Below are positions 1-10,044 of a stretch of 64,000 bases of DNA, piece by piece. Position numbers and translations under genes: made by a program. Source of the stretch: an uncultured Planctomycetaceae bacterium (lineage in GTDB: Bacteria > Planctomycetota > Planctomycetia > Planctomycetales > Planctomycetaceae); NCBI GenBank assembly GCA_963976765.1, contig CAXBME010000025.1, forward strand, positions 62,001 through 126,000, in the 5' to 3' direction. How positions within the stretch are numbered: position 1 is the first letter of the stretch; every line of letters starts with the position of its first letter. Below the pieces are notes generated by a model. That model was not told where the DNA came from. It did no database searches and saw only the letters and a program-made list of their open reading frames with translations.

Positions 1-3000
1 AGCAGGCCGAGGAAGGGATGCAAAGAATCGCCCAACCGGCAATCCAGCCGCGTCTCACGATCCAGAACTGCAGCAGTACGGGATCTATGCAAAAACGGCT
101 CCAGTCGCCGGTCCCGCTGAAGCCATCGCCACGTCACTTCCGCTCAAACTGAAAAAAGGCGACCGGGTCGCGTTCATCGGGAACACGCTGCTTGATCGGG
201 ATCAGCACTTCGGCCACTTCGAAGCGTTGCTGCATTCGCACTTTCCGAAACATGAACTCGTTGTGCGGAACCTCGCGTGGTCTGCGGACACTGTCGACCT
301 GCAACCTCGACCGGCGAACTTTGCGAATCTCGACCAGCACCTGACTCACGAGAAAGTCGATGTCATCATCGCCGCGTTTGGATTCAACGAATCGTTCGCT
401 GGCAAGGACGGGCTGGCGGACTTCGAGAAGTCGCTCACAACATTCCTGACGAGTCTCAAGACGAAAGCCTACAACGGTAAGTCGGCTCCGCGCGTCCTGC
501 TGATTTCACCCATCGCCAACGAGAATGTCGAAGCCGTAAACGCTGCTGACCTGAATAACGAACGGATTCAACTTTACGTTGACGCCATGAAGAATGTCGC
601 CGCGAAACAGCACGTCGGCTTCGTCGACGTTTTCGAACCGACGCAGCAGGCCATGAGCAGCCCCGGTACCGACCTGACGCTTAATGGTTGTCACCTCACG
701 GAAGAAGGTTACGCAACGTTCGGAGTCAAGTTTTTCACTCAGGCATTTGGAGTCAACGAAGCAACCGCTCAACGATACCTCAGCAACAGCGAATTGCTTC
801 GAGCAGCCATCACTGACCGCAACCGCCAGTTCAATCGCCGTTACCGACCGGTCAACACGTTTTACTACACAGGCGACCGGAACAAGAGTTACGGGTATCT
901 CGACTTTCTGCCGGCCATGCGAAACTTCGACGTGATGGCTGCCAACCGCGACCGACGAATCTGGGATATCGCCCAGGGCAAACAAGTATCCGACCCGGTC
1001 GACGACTCAAACGTCCCACCTCTGCCCGAAACTACAGAAAGCCGAGGTGCCAACCGCTGGATCACTGCCGCCGATGAACTGAAAGAATTCACCGTCGATC
1101 CGCGTTTCGAAGTCAATCTGTTTGCCGGCGAAGAAGAGTTCCCGGACATCGCCGCGCCGATTCAAATGCGGTGGGACTCACGAGGTCGACTGTGGGTGAG
1201 TTGCTCGACAACCTACCCTCACGTCTACCCTGGCAACGAACCGAACGACAAGATCGTCATCCTCGAAGACACCGACGGCGACGGGAAAGCCGACAAGTCG
1301 ACAGTCTTCGCCGATGATCTGCACATTCCGCTGTCCTTCGAATTCGGTGACGGCGGTGTTTACGTTTCGGAACAGCCAGACCTCACCTTTCTCAAAGACA
1401 CCGACGGCGATGGCAAAGCTGATGTGCGACGTCGAGTACTGACCGGATTCGGAACGGAAGATTCTCACCACTCGCTGCACGACATCACCTGGTCGCCGGA
1501 CGGCGATCTCATCTTCCGCGAGTCGATCTTTCATCACTCGCAGGTCGAAACTCCTTACGGACCGGTTCGGCAACAGAACAGCGGCTGGTTCCGTTTTGAA
1601 CCTCGCTCGCAGCGGCTGACCAGTTTTGGCACCTATCACAGCACGAATCCCTGGGGAGTGACGTTCGACGATTGGGGCAACCATGTTGCAAGTCATCCCA
1701 TTTTTGCCGCCGCGTTTCATTCGCTCGACCCGCCATACCCTCAGCAGCATCCGAAACCGGCGGGACTGCGAGCGTACTCCGGAACCTGCGGTCACGAATT
1801 TGTCGATTTCAAAACCTTCCCCGACGAACTTCAGGGAGGCTTCATCAAGGTTCGCTACAAGCCGACAAACCGTGTCGAAATTCACAAATGGGTCGAATCA
1901 GAATTCGGCTTTGATGAAGAATACGTCAGCGACCTGATCTTCTCGTCGAACCTCAGCTTCATTCCGGTCGACCTGCGTTTCGGACCTCGCGGAGCCATGT
2001 ACGTTTGCGACTGGTACAACCCGATCAAAGGCCACGCTCAGTATTCGTTGCGGGATGATCGGCGCGACCGTCACTCCGGCCGGATCTGGAGAATCACCGC
2101 GAAGGGCCACCCGCTGCAGGATCCGCCAAAAATTGCCAATGCGTCGATCGAAGAGCTCCTGGACATTCAGAAACGGCCCGAATATCGGTATCGATACTGG
2201 GCGAAGCGCGAACTTCGTGAACGGGATCCGGATGTTGTGAAGGCGGCACTCGACCAATGGGTCGAGCAGCTCGACGCAACCGACGCACGACATCGACACC
2301 ACCAGATCGAAGCGGTCTGGAATTACCGCAACGTGGGAAAAAGCAACACTGATCTGCTTCGAGAATTGCTCGCCTGCGAAGAACATCATGCGCGAGCCGC
2401 CGCGACTCAGCAGCTTCGTTACTGGCATTCGGAAATGCCCGACGCCGTGCATCTGCTGCACCGCTCGGCGAACGACGCCAACGGTCTGGTCCGCATGGAA
2501 GCAGTGATCGCGGCCAGCTATGTCGGCTCAAAAGAAGCCCTCGACGCGATGCTGGACGTCTTCAAGTATCCACGGGAAGGGCACACCGCGTACGCGATCA
2601 CGTGCGCACTTGGTTCAGCAAACCTGCGTCGTCACTGGGAAGGCAACTCGGATTACAACGTCGCGAAGCTGCTCAAGAGTGCCGGACGCGGCAACCTTTT
2701 CAAGGAGCCAAACCCCGACTCCAAAGGTGCCCAGTTCGATACGCACAAAGATCTGAAAACGGTTCGCATCTCCTGCATCCCTGAGCGGATGAGATTCACA
2801 GTTGACCAGTTCACCACGAAACCTGGACAACCCGTGAAGATCGTCTTTGCAAACCCCGACGCAACCGACCACAACCTCGTCATCGTTCAACCGGACGCAC
2901 TGGCTGAAGTCGGCATCGCCGCTAACGAAATGGCCCGGGATCCGAAGAACGCCAACTCAGATTTCATCCCCGCTGAAAAGCGAAGCCTGATCCTGGAAGC

Positions 3001-3709
3001 CTCGCCAATGATCGGTCCGACTCGCAAATCACTGGTCCATGTCATGCGGTTCGAGGCTCCGACAGAACCCGGTGTCTACCCGTTTGTCTGCACATTCCCC
3101 GGCCACTGGGTCATCATGAACGGCGTCATGGTAGTGGCGGAAACGGCTGAGAAAGCCAAACAACTGCTCGCCGCCCGCAAGCCAACAATCGTCAAAGAGT
3201 GGACGATGGCCGATTTTCCCGCCTTCACCTCAAAAACAGACGACGAGTCCATCGCGCGAGGCATGCAGGCCTTTGTCAAAGCTCGCTGCAACCAGTGTCA
3301 CGCCATCGCCGGACACGGCATCAATATCGGACCGGACCTCACCGAAACCGGCAAGCGATTAAAAGGTCTGAAGCTGCTGCAACAGATTCTGGAGCCATCG
3401 TCCGAGATCAACAAGAAGTACCAGACGACTCAATTCCTGATGGACAATGGCAAGGTTCTGTCCGGCGTCGTCGTCAAGGAAACTGACTCCGAGTTTCACA
3501 TCATCAGCAACCTGCTGATTCCTACGGCAATCACGAAAGTTGAGAAGGGACAGATCGATGAACAATTCCCGTCAACGGTTTCGGCAATGCCGAAGGGAAT
3601 GGCAAACGTGCTGACTCGACCGGAAATCATCGATCTGGTTTCATTTCTGGAAACCGGCTTTAACCTGCCGGAACACCTCAAGCACAAACACATGCATCAC
3701 AGCAATTGA
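1..3709 (+). CDS. PVC-type heme-binding multidomain protein (SGNH/GDSL-like + beta-propeller + HEAT + type-1 copper/azurin-like + cytochrome c); 5' end outside window
   Basis: Frame is open from base 2 (…LKKGDRVAFIGNT…). Motifs: GFNES and NGCHL (SGNH-like), EDTDGDGKAD repeats, HNL…CTFPGHWVIM copper ligands, CNQCH…GPDLT heme c motif. Confidence 0.85.
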   Translation, partial: AGRGRDAKNRPTGNPAASHDPELQQYGIYAKTAPVAGPAEAIATSLPLKLKKGDRVAFIGNTLLDRDQHFGHFEALLHSHFPKHELVVRNLAWSADTVDLQPRPANFANLDQHLTHEKVDVIIAAFGFNESFAGKDGLADFEKSLTTFLTSLKTKAYNGKSAPRVLLISPIANENVEAVNAADLNNERIQLYVDAMKNVAAKQHVGFVDVFEPTQQAMSSPGTDLTLNGCHLTEEGYATFGVKFFTQAFGVNEATAQRYLSNSELLRAAITDRNRQFNRRYRPVNTFYYTGDRNKSYGYLDFLPAMRNFDVMAANRDRRIWDIAQGKQVSDPVDDSNVPPLPETTESRGANRWITAADELKEFTVDPRFEVNLFAGEEEFPDIAAPIQMRWDSRGRLWVSCSTTYPHVYPGNEPNDKIVILEDTDGDGKADKSTVFADDLHIPLSFEFGDGGVYVSEQPDLTFLKDTDGDGKADVRRRVLTGFGTEDSHHSLHDITWSPDGDLIFRESIFHHSQVETPYGPVRQQNSGWFRFEPRSQRLTSFGTYHSTNPWGVTFDDWGNHVASHPIFAAAFHSLDPPYPQQHPKPAGLRAYSGTCGHEFVDFKTFPDELQGGFIKVRYKPTNRVEIHKWVESEFGFDEEYVSDLIFSSNLSFIPVDLRFGPRGAMYVCDWYNPIKGHAQYSLRDDRRDRHSGRIWRITAKGHPLQDPPKIANASIEELLDIQKRPEYRYRYWAKRELRERDPDVVKAALDQWVEQLDATDARHRHHQIEAVWNYRNVGKSNTDLLRELLACEEHHARAAATQQLRYWHSEMPDAVHLLHRSANDANGLVRMEAVIAASYVGSKEALDAMLDVFKYPREGHTAYAITCALGSANLRRHWEGNSDYNVAKLLKSAGRGNLFKEPNPDSKGAQFDTHKDLKTVRISCIPERMRFTVDQFTTKPGQPVKIVFANPDATDHNLVIVQPDALAEVGIAANEMARDPKNANSDFIPAEKRSLILEASPMIGPTRKSLVHVMRFEAPTEPGVYPFVCTFPGHWVIMNGVMVVAETAEKAKQLLAARKPTIVKEWTMADFPAFTSKTDDESIARGMQAFVKARCNQCHAIAGHGINIGPDLTETGKRLKGLKLLQQILEPSSEINKKYQTTQFLMDNGKVLSGVVVKETDSEFHIISNLLIPTAITKVEKGQIDEQFPSTVSAMPKGMANVLTRPEIIDLVSFLETGFNLPEHLKHKHMHHSN

Positions 3710-3714
3710 AAATT

Positions 3715-3778
3715 GCACGGGGTGGGGAGTGCCCACCAATAAAGAATCGTTGAGACTTGTGGGCAGTGCCCACCCTAC
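3715..3778. repeat. REP-like inverted doublet (GTAG-type)
   Basis: 3759-3778 reverse-complements to GTAGGGTGGGCACTGCCCAC; a degenerate opposite copy lies at 3715-3737. Confidence 0.65.
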
Positions 3779-3806
3779 ACTCCGACAGAAAACGAAAGAC
3801 TAGAAA

Positions 3807-4343
3807 ATGGCTGCTAACCGACGTGCAGAAGTGGATCAGGCAATCGCGGATGTCGACTTCGACGCGAACACTTATCAGATCGAATTCGAAACGACCGCCG
3901 GCAGGATGCTGCTCGATCTGTATCCGGACGTTGCTCCGGGGCACTGTAAAAACATCATCGGCCTGACGAAAATCGGCTTCTACAACGGGATTATTTTTCA
4001 CCGGGTTATCAAAGACTTCGTCATCCAGGTTGGCTGCCCGAACGGTACTGGCACCGGCGGGCCGGGTTATACGATTGATGCTGAGTTCAACGAAGTCCTT
4101 CACGAACCGGGTGTTCTGTCGATGGCTCGGACGTCCGCTCCGAACTCGGCCGGTTCCCAATTCTTTATCTGCATGGGCCGAGTACCACACCTCGACCGGC
4201 AATACACCGTCTTCGGAAAAACGGCCGACGACGAAAGCCTCAAGAACGCTTTGAGCGTCGGTAATTCTTCCACCGACGCCAACGATCGACCGATCGAAGA
4301 AGTGAAGATCACGGCTTCGCAGGTTGTAGTGACGCCTAAGTAG
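3807..4343 (+). CDS. Cyclophilin-type peptidyl-prolyl cis-trans isomerase
   Basis: FYNGIIFHRVIKDFVIQ.G.P.GTGTGGPGY; LSMAR…AGSQFFI…HLD..YTVFG. Confidence 0.95.
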   Translation: MAANRRAEVDQAIADVDFDANTYQIEFETTAGRMLLDLYPDVAPGHCKNIIGLTKIGFYNGIIFHRVIKDFVIQVGCPNGTGTGGPGYTIDAEFNEVLHEPGVLSMARTSAPNSAGSQFFICMGRVPHLDRQYTVFGKTADDESLKNALSVGNSSTDANDRPIEEVKITASQVVVTPK

Positions 4344-4376
4344 GTGGCAACTCTCGTCCAGACTGGGTGGCACTCC

Positions 4377-6851
4377 ATGCAGACTCTCATCGCCAGACTG
4401 CTCGGACGCGAACACGTCGACTCGATCGACCGTGTCGGCGTGTCCTTCGGCGCAGACTGGGCTCACAATGGGCCGGCGTGGCTTCTGTTTGGATGGCTGG
4501 GCCTCGCATTTGTCTCAGCGTGGTTCTACCTGAAGTACCAGCCGCGAGCGTCGCGTCGGCGACAGGTGCTGCTCGGCCTGCTGCGAGGTACGCTGCTGTG
4601 TCTGCTGCTGCTGATCCTTGCCGATCCAATTCTCGAAGTCGCGTTTTCGTCGCACCCTCGCCCGGTCTTGTGGGTGCTGCTCGACGGAACCGACAGCATG
4701 AATATCAGCGACCGGCTGACCGAAGAAGATGTTCAGCGACTCGACGCGGCGAATGTCGCAACTTCGGACGACGGCAACTCGGCGAATGATCCGGCGGGAG
4801 AGAATTCAGCCAACGAGGCCACTCGCGCCGCGCTCGTCAGAAACTGGTTGACGTCCGAGGAGAATCCGCTGGCGCAGCTTGCTGAACGATTCCGAATCGA
4901 AGTCTTTCAGTTTCGCCGTGCCGACGAAGTTTCAGGGCTTGCGCTGACAACTAACGCTGGCACCAATTCGGAAATTGATCCGCAGCACATCGCCAGTCAG
5001 TACACCGCCGACGGGCCGATTACATCTCTGGGTGCGGCGTTTAACGAACTCCGTCGGCGACACACGGCCACCGGACTGACGGCAGTCGTGGCGGTCAGCG
5101 ATTTTGATCACAACTCCGGAGCGTCACCAATCGAGGCGGCCAAACGCTTGAATGTACCGGTCTTTGCGGTCGGAGTCGGAGCAACTCAGGCAGTCGATCT
5201 GGCTGTCGATCTGCAGACTTCTTTGAAGATGAAGAAGGCAGAAACGTCCAACATCACTGTCACGCTGAGGCAGCAGGAACTTAACGGTGTTCAGGTTTCA
5301 GTCCGACTGACCGCTCACCCGCTCGAAAGCGGCAGCGAACGAGTTTCCGGACAGGCAATTCCTGTCGGAGACCGCAGCGTTGCATTGTCAGGACCGTCGA
5401 CTGTTCTGGAATTCCCATTCACCCCGGAGGACGCCGGGCGGTTCGTTTTCGCTGCGGAAGTTGATCCGGTCGATGGCGAAACAGTCGTGCAGAACAATCG
5501 GGCCGAACGCGAAGTCACGGTCATCGACGATTTCCTCCGTCTGCTGTTCGTCGAGTACGAACCCGCGTGGGAATGGCGATTCGTCAAAGAAGTGTTTCAT
5601 CGCGACAAGCTGGTCGGGCTGCGAGGGTTTCGTACTTACCTGAGATCTTCGGACCCGATCGTGCGCGAGACGAACGAGCTGTTCGTGCCAACGCTGACGT
5701 TGCCTCGGAACGAATTCTTCGAGTACGACGTCATCTTCCTCGGCGACATGCCGGCGTCGTCGCTCAGCACTCGCTTTGGCGAGATGGTCAAAGAGTTTGT
5801 CGGCAAATTCGGTGGCGGACTGGTTGTGATGGCCGGGCCGCAGTTCGGGCCCGGAGAACTCGCGTCGACACCGATTGGCGGAATGCTCCCGGTGATCGTC
5901 GACCCCGATGCTCAACTGCGAGACGACCGCGAATTCGAAACGCAGCTTACACCGCTGGCTTCGTCGTTCGACTTCATGCGATTGGGAGATTCCGACGCGG
6001 AAAATGCGAAGGGCTGGCAGAATCTCGGCCGCCTGCCCTGGTACCAGCCCGTCCGCAGAATCGAGTCCAGCGCGACAACAGTGCTGGCCGAGCATCCTCG
6101 CGACACGTGTGTCGATGGAAAAACGCCGCAACCACTGATCGCCATCCGCCGGTACGGGCGAGGCGAAGTCATCTATCTCGCTCATAACGAGATGTGGCGA
6201 CTGAGACGGAAGTACGGCGAAACATACTATCGCCAGTTCTGGGGGCAGATGATTCACCGACTCGGTCTAAGTCACGCATTAGGCAGTCAGAAACGTTTCG
6301 TCGTGCGAGCCGACCGGCAACAGTATCAGCCGGACCAGACGGCGTTGATCACCGTCGAAGCGTTTGATGAAAACTTTGAGCCGCTGACTGGCGACATGCT
6401 CGACGAGCGGCATCTGACTGGCGAGGTCTGGCTGCCGGGACGCTCAACCGAAGCTCTCGGAGAAACCCGTGCGATCACGCTGTCTGAATATCGCCCCGGC
6501 GTTTTCGAAACGAAGGTTCCCGTTAGCGAATCCGGCAACTATGTCGTGCGAGTCAACGATCCTGTTTCGCTGGAACCGGTCGACGTGTTTTTCCAGGTTT
6601 CGGATCTGTCAGTCGAACGTCGCAGTGCGACCCGCAACCGGTCGCTCCAGGAAAGTATCGCCGCCGAAACCGGCGGTCGCAGTTGTGAGCTGCACGACGC
6701 TCAGCAGACGCTGGCAAAGTTTGATCCGCCCAGGCTTTCCGAAACCACGGTCGAAGTCATCCCCCTGTGGAGCACGTGGCTGACATTCGGTCTGGTCATC
6801 TGCCTGATGTTTGCCGAGTGGCTGCTGCGAAAATTCGCCAACCTGACTTAG
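4377..6851 (+). CDS. Membrane-anchored vWA-like / GATase-like domain protein
   Basis: Two N-terminal TM helices, LLDGTDSM MIDAS-like motif, WEWRF and EMWRLR…YYRQFWGQ motifs, C-terminal TM ending AEWLLRK. ATG 4377 preferred over GTG 4344. Confidence 0.75.
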   Translation: MQTLIARLLGREHVDSIDRVGVSFGADWAHNGPAWLLFGWLGLAFVSAWFYLKYQPRASRRRQVLLGLLRGTLLCLLLLILADPILEVAFSSHPRPVLWVLLDGTDSMNISDRLTEEDVQRLDAANVATSDDGNSANDPAGENSANEATRAALVRNWLTSEENPLAQLAERFRIEVFQFRRADEVSGLALTTNAGTNSEIDPQHIASQYTADGPITSLGAAFNELRRRHTATGLTAVVAVSDFDHNSGASPIEAAKRLNVPVFAVGVGATQAVDLAVDLQTSLKMKKAETSNITVTLRQQELNGVQVSVRLTAHPLESGSERVSGQAIPVGDRSVALSGPSTVLEFPFTPEDAGRFVFAAEVDPVDGETVVQNNRAEREVTVIDDFLRLLFVEYEPAWEWRFVKEVFHRDKLVGLRGFRTYLRSSDPIVRETNELFVPTLTLPRNEFFEYDVIFLGDMPASSLSTRFGEMVKEFVGKFGGGLVVMAGPQFGPGELASTPIGGMLPVIVDPDAQLRDDREFETQLTPLASSFDFMRLGDSDAENAKGWQNLGRLPWYQPVRRIESSATTVLAEHPRDTCVDGKTPQPLIAIRRYGRGEVIYLAHNEMWRLRRKYGETYYRQFWGQMIHRLGLSHALGSQKRFVVRADRQQYQPDQTALITVEAFDENFEPLTGDMLDERHLTGEVWLPGRSTEALGETRAITLSEYRPGVFETKVPVSESGNYVVRVNDPVSLEPVDVFFQVSDLSVERRSATRNRSLQESIAAETGGRSCELHDAQQTLAKFDPPRLSETTVEVIPLWSTWLTFGLVICLMFAEWLLRKFANLT

Positions 6852-7171
6852 CCGACCATCTCGTCCCGCGCAGGCAGCAATCCGTTGCTGGCACACTTGC
6901 TTGCCGACCTGGCCCTGTTTCGACAACACTTCGGGCTGGGTCAATCGTCTGTTTACTCGACAGTTGGCAACGTTCGTGATCGGATTCTGCCGATCACGAT
7001 GCAGCGTCTGTTTCGCGGTTTACGCCGCATCGTTTAACCGCGGTCCGCAGGGGAGTGCGTTTCCGGCAGCGACTATTTCGCCTGAAACTGGTCACCGTCC
7101 AACAAACGCCCTCCCTTACTGGTCGCGGCTGAACGAGTCTCATTCCTCGAGAGACTCATCAGGATTATGGA

Positions 7172-8353
7172 ATGTCTGATCGGTTGATTACGGACCAGCG
7201 GGAATTCGATGAGCTGTGTTCGCACATTCGCGAAGCAGGTCTTGTCGCTTTCGACACGGAGTTCATCTCCGAAAACACTTACCGCCCCAAGCTATGCCTG
7301 ATTCAGCTGGCAACTCGCGAACGTGCGGTGGCGGTCGACCCGTTCGAGGTGGATGTTTCCGACTGGTGGAACATCATGACGGACGACCGGACGACGGTTG
7401 TTGTGCACGCCGGGCGGGAGGAATCGCGTTTTTGTCTGACCGCTACGGGAGCACGCCCCCGGCTACTGGTCGACGTGCAGCTGGCTGAAGGACTGCGAAG
7501 TTCCAGTTACCCACTCAGCTACGAACGACTGTTGCAGCGAGTGCTCAATCAAAGTGTCAGTTCGACAGAAACCCGCACGGACTGGCAACGCCGACCCCTG
7601 ACTGATCGTCAGATTACGTACGCCGTCGACGACGTCCGCTACGTTCTGGAAGTCTGGGACCGGCAAAAGTCGTGGCTGCAAAAGAAGAATCGACTGACCT
7701 GGGCAGAAGAGGAGTTCGACCGACTGCTCGACGAAATGGAAGCCGAACGCGACGGCGGACAATGGATGAAACTGTCGGGCGTGCGACGTTTGAATTCCCG
7801 GCAGTTGGCCGTCGTCCGTGAGCTGTACCGTTGGCGCGAAGAAACGGCGGCGGCTCGCGATCAGCCAATGCGTCGAATTCTGCGGGATGATCTCCTCATC
7901 GATCTGGCTCGACGTCAGCCAAAGACCGAACAGGAACTGCTCAACTCTCGCGACATGAACCGAACCAACTTTCGACGCAACGCCGCCGAAATTGTGACGG
8001 CCATCAAAGCGGCACTCGATCTGCCTCAGAGCGAAATTCCACCACGGTTCCGCAACAACGATTCCGGCCCGGACGAACCGGTCCTGGGTAAACTGCTGGC
8101 CCTGGCCCTCGCCAACCGTTGTGCCGAGCTTCAGCTTTCGGCCGGAATCGTCGGAACGGCGAACGACCTGAAAGAGTGGATTCGGTGGTACGGAGATGGG
8201 TCAAAGCCGAACAAAACTCCACGATTGAGCAATGGCTGGCGAGCCGAAGTCTGCGGTGATCTCCTTCGGGACGTTCTCGAAGGCAAAGTCAGCCTTCGCG
8301 TGGCCGATACGAATTCCGACCACCCGCTCGTCTTCGAGACTGTCCAATCGTAG
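7172..8353 (+). CDS. rnd: Ribonuclease D (DEDD 3'-5' exonuclease + HRDC)
   Basis: AFDTEF…YRPKLCLIQLA, TDWQRRPLT.RQITYAVDDV, HRDC-like WRE..A..RD.P…IL.D, terminal GWR. Confidence 0.92.
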   Translation: MSDRLITDQREFDELCSHIREAGLVAFDTEFISENTYRPKLCLIQLATRERAVAVDPFEVDVSDWWNIMTDDRTTVVVHAGREESRFCLTATGARPRLLVDVQLAEGLRSSSYPLSYERLLQRVLNQSVSSTETRTDWQRRPLTDRQITYAVDDVRYVLEVWDRQKSWLQKKNRLTWAEEEFDRLLDEMEAERDGGQWMKLSGVRRLNSRQLAVVRELYRWREETAAARDQPMRRILRDDLLIDLARRQPKTEQELLNSRDMNRTNFRRNAAEIVTAIKAALDLPQSEIPPRFRNNDSGPDEPVLGKLLALALANRCAELQLSAGIVGTANDLKEWIRWYGDGSKPNKTPRLSNGWRAEVCGDLLRDVLEGKVSLRVADTNSDHPLVFETVQS

Positions 8354-8402
8354 CGACCAGTTGTCGCAACGTTTGACGGCTCGTTCCTGCATTAAAGATT
8401 TA

Positions 8403-8477
8403 AGCCATAGAAACCACCGAGGACACGGAACATTTAGTTCAACGCTAATCTCCGTGTTCTCAGTGATCTCTTTTGCT
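8403..8477. repeat. Palindromic element with 27-bp arms of ~9-nt subunits
   Basis: 8403-8429 versus reverse complement of 8451-8477: 21/27 identical; 21-nt spacer. Confidence 0.7.
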
Positions 8478-8507
8478 GTTTTTCAGCCTGCGGCCTGGAG
8501 CTTCATC

Positions 8508-9773
8508 ATGGCAAACTATTTCGCTTCGAACGTTCGCACTGTTGTTCTTTTTCTGGCGACGCTCAGCCATCTCTCCGCTCAGGCCGCCGAAATTCCAACC
8601 GCCGTCCCCGAAGACGTCGGCATGTCGTCGCAGAAGCTGGCGAAGGTGGACGACGTTCTGAACGACCTGGTCGAGCAGAAACGACTGGCGGGAGGAACGG
8701 TCATTATTGCCCGCCGAGGAAAGATCGTTCACTTCAATTCGTACGGGATGGCGGACGTTGAACAGCAACGTCCGATGAAAAACGATGCGATCATGCGGTT
8801 TTACTCAATGAGCAAAGCGATCACGTCGGCTGCCGTGATGATTCTGGCAGACGATGGCAAACTGACAGTCAACGATCCCGTCTCAAGGCACATCCCCGAA
8901 CTGGCGAAAGTAAAGGTTGCCACGACCGACGGGCTGGTCGACCCGAAACGCGAAGTAACGATTGCCGATTTGCTGCGACACACGTCGGGCTACACCTACG
9001 GAGGTTCGCCGCAGCCTGAATCCAATGATGCTTTCAGAAAAGTCGCCCCACTTGATGCGACGCGAACGCTGAAGCAGATGGGAGAGCGACTGGCGAATGT
9101 CCCGCTCGCCTTTCAGCCAGGTGAAGACTGGATCTATGGAATTTCGATCGATGTACTGGGACGAGTGATCGAAGTCGCCTCGGAGCAGTCCCTGGACACG
9201 TTTCTGAAGACGCGAATCTTCCAGCCGCTCGACATGAAAGACACCGGCTTCTTCGTCCCCCAAAAGAAGCACGACCGCTTCGCCCAGGTTTACAACTCGA
9301 ACGGGAACGGCAAGCTGGCGATCGGCGACAACGAAGAGCATCGTGACTTTACAAAACCGAGAGCGTTTCTTTCCGGCGGTGGCGGACTGGTCTCGACCGC
9401 TCGCGACTACCTGCGATTCCTGATGATGATCCAGCAGGGCGGCACTCTCGACGGACAAAGAATTGTCTCGGAAAAGTCCATCCAACTCATGACAACCAGC
9501 CAGCTTCCCAAAGAAGTCCCGCACATTTACTTCGGCAACCAACAGCGAGTCGGCGTTGGCTTCGGTTTCGGATTCTCAGTCCGCGAGAAAATGTCCGATT
9601 GGGATCCTGCGGGGCGAATTGGCGAATACGGCTGGGGCGGCATGGCAAGCACTCACTACTGGGTCTCCCCAAAAGACGAACTGATCGTCATCACCCTCGA
9701 ACAAACCCTGCCCTACTCCTTCACGACTGAATTCGCTGTCAAAGGCCTGATTTACGACGCGATTGAAGACTGA
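8508..9773 (+). CDS. Serine hydrolase, beta-lactamase (class C-like) family, secreted
   Basis: Signal peptide, SMSK (SxxK), LLRHTSG, PLAFQPGEDWIYG, SGGGGLVST, YGWGG. ATG 8508 preferred because the longer ORF reads through the palindromic repeat. Confidence 0.9.
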   Translation: MANYFASNVRTVVLFLATLSHLSAQAAEIPTAVPEDVGMSSQKLAKVDDVLNDLVEQKRLAGGTVIIARRGKIVHFNSYGMADVEQQRPMKNDAIMRFYSMSKAITSAAVMILADDGKLTVNDPVSRHIPELAKVKVATTDGLVDPKREVTIADLLRHTSGYTYGGSPQPESNDAFRKVAPLDATRTLKQMGERLANVPLAFQPGEDWIYGISIDVLGRVIEVASEQSLDTFLKTRIFQPLDMKDTGFFVPQKKHDRFAQVYNSNGNGKLAIGDNEEHRDFTKPRAFLSGGGGLVSTARDYLRFLMMIQQGGTLDGQRIVSEKSIQLMTTSQLPKEVPHIYFGNQQRVGVGFGFGFSVREKMSDWDPAGRIGEYGWGGMASTHYWVSPKDELIVITLEQTLPYSFTTEFAVKGLIYDAIED

Positions 9774-10044
9774 ATAAGCGTTGCAGTCGGCAGCAAGGTT
9801 GAAAAGCAACCAGCATCGTTCGCCCACGGGGTTCACAAAACGCACGCAGTAGCCACTTTCTAATGCCCCTTCACCGAAGACCCCGCCACCGCTGCGGACG
9901 ACGGATAAAGCTGGTCAGTTCTGGCCGTCGCCGTTCGGTCACGTTGCTGACATTCGTCTCTGGCGACAGAAGCCCTCTCTTGCGGCGACAGTATTCATGG
10001 ACGCCGTGGCTTGAAAGATTGGAGCGTCGCTTGATCCGACTGAG

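Noticed and set aside
6889..6905. TGGCAC…TTGC sigma-54-like promoter upstream of rnd
   Set aside because: GG-to-GC spacing is 11 (or 7) nt, not the required 10.
8232..8507. N-terminal extension of the serine hydrolase ORF
   Set aside because: Overlaps rnd and translates through the palindromic repeat; the signal peptide begins at ATG 8508.
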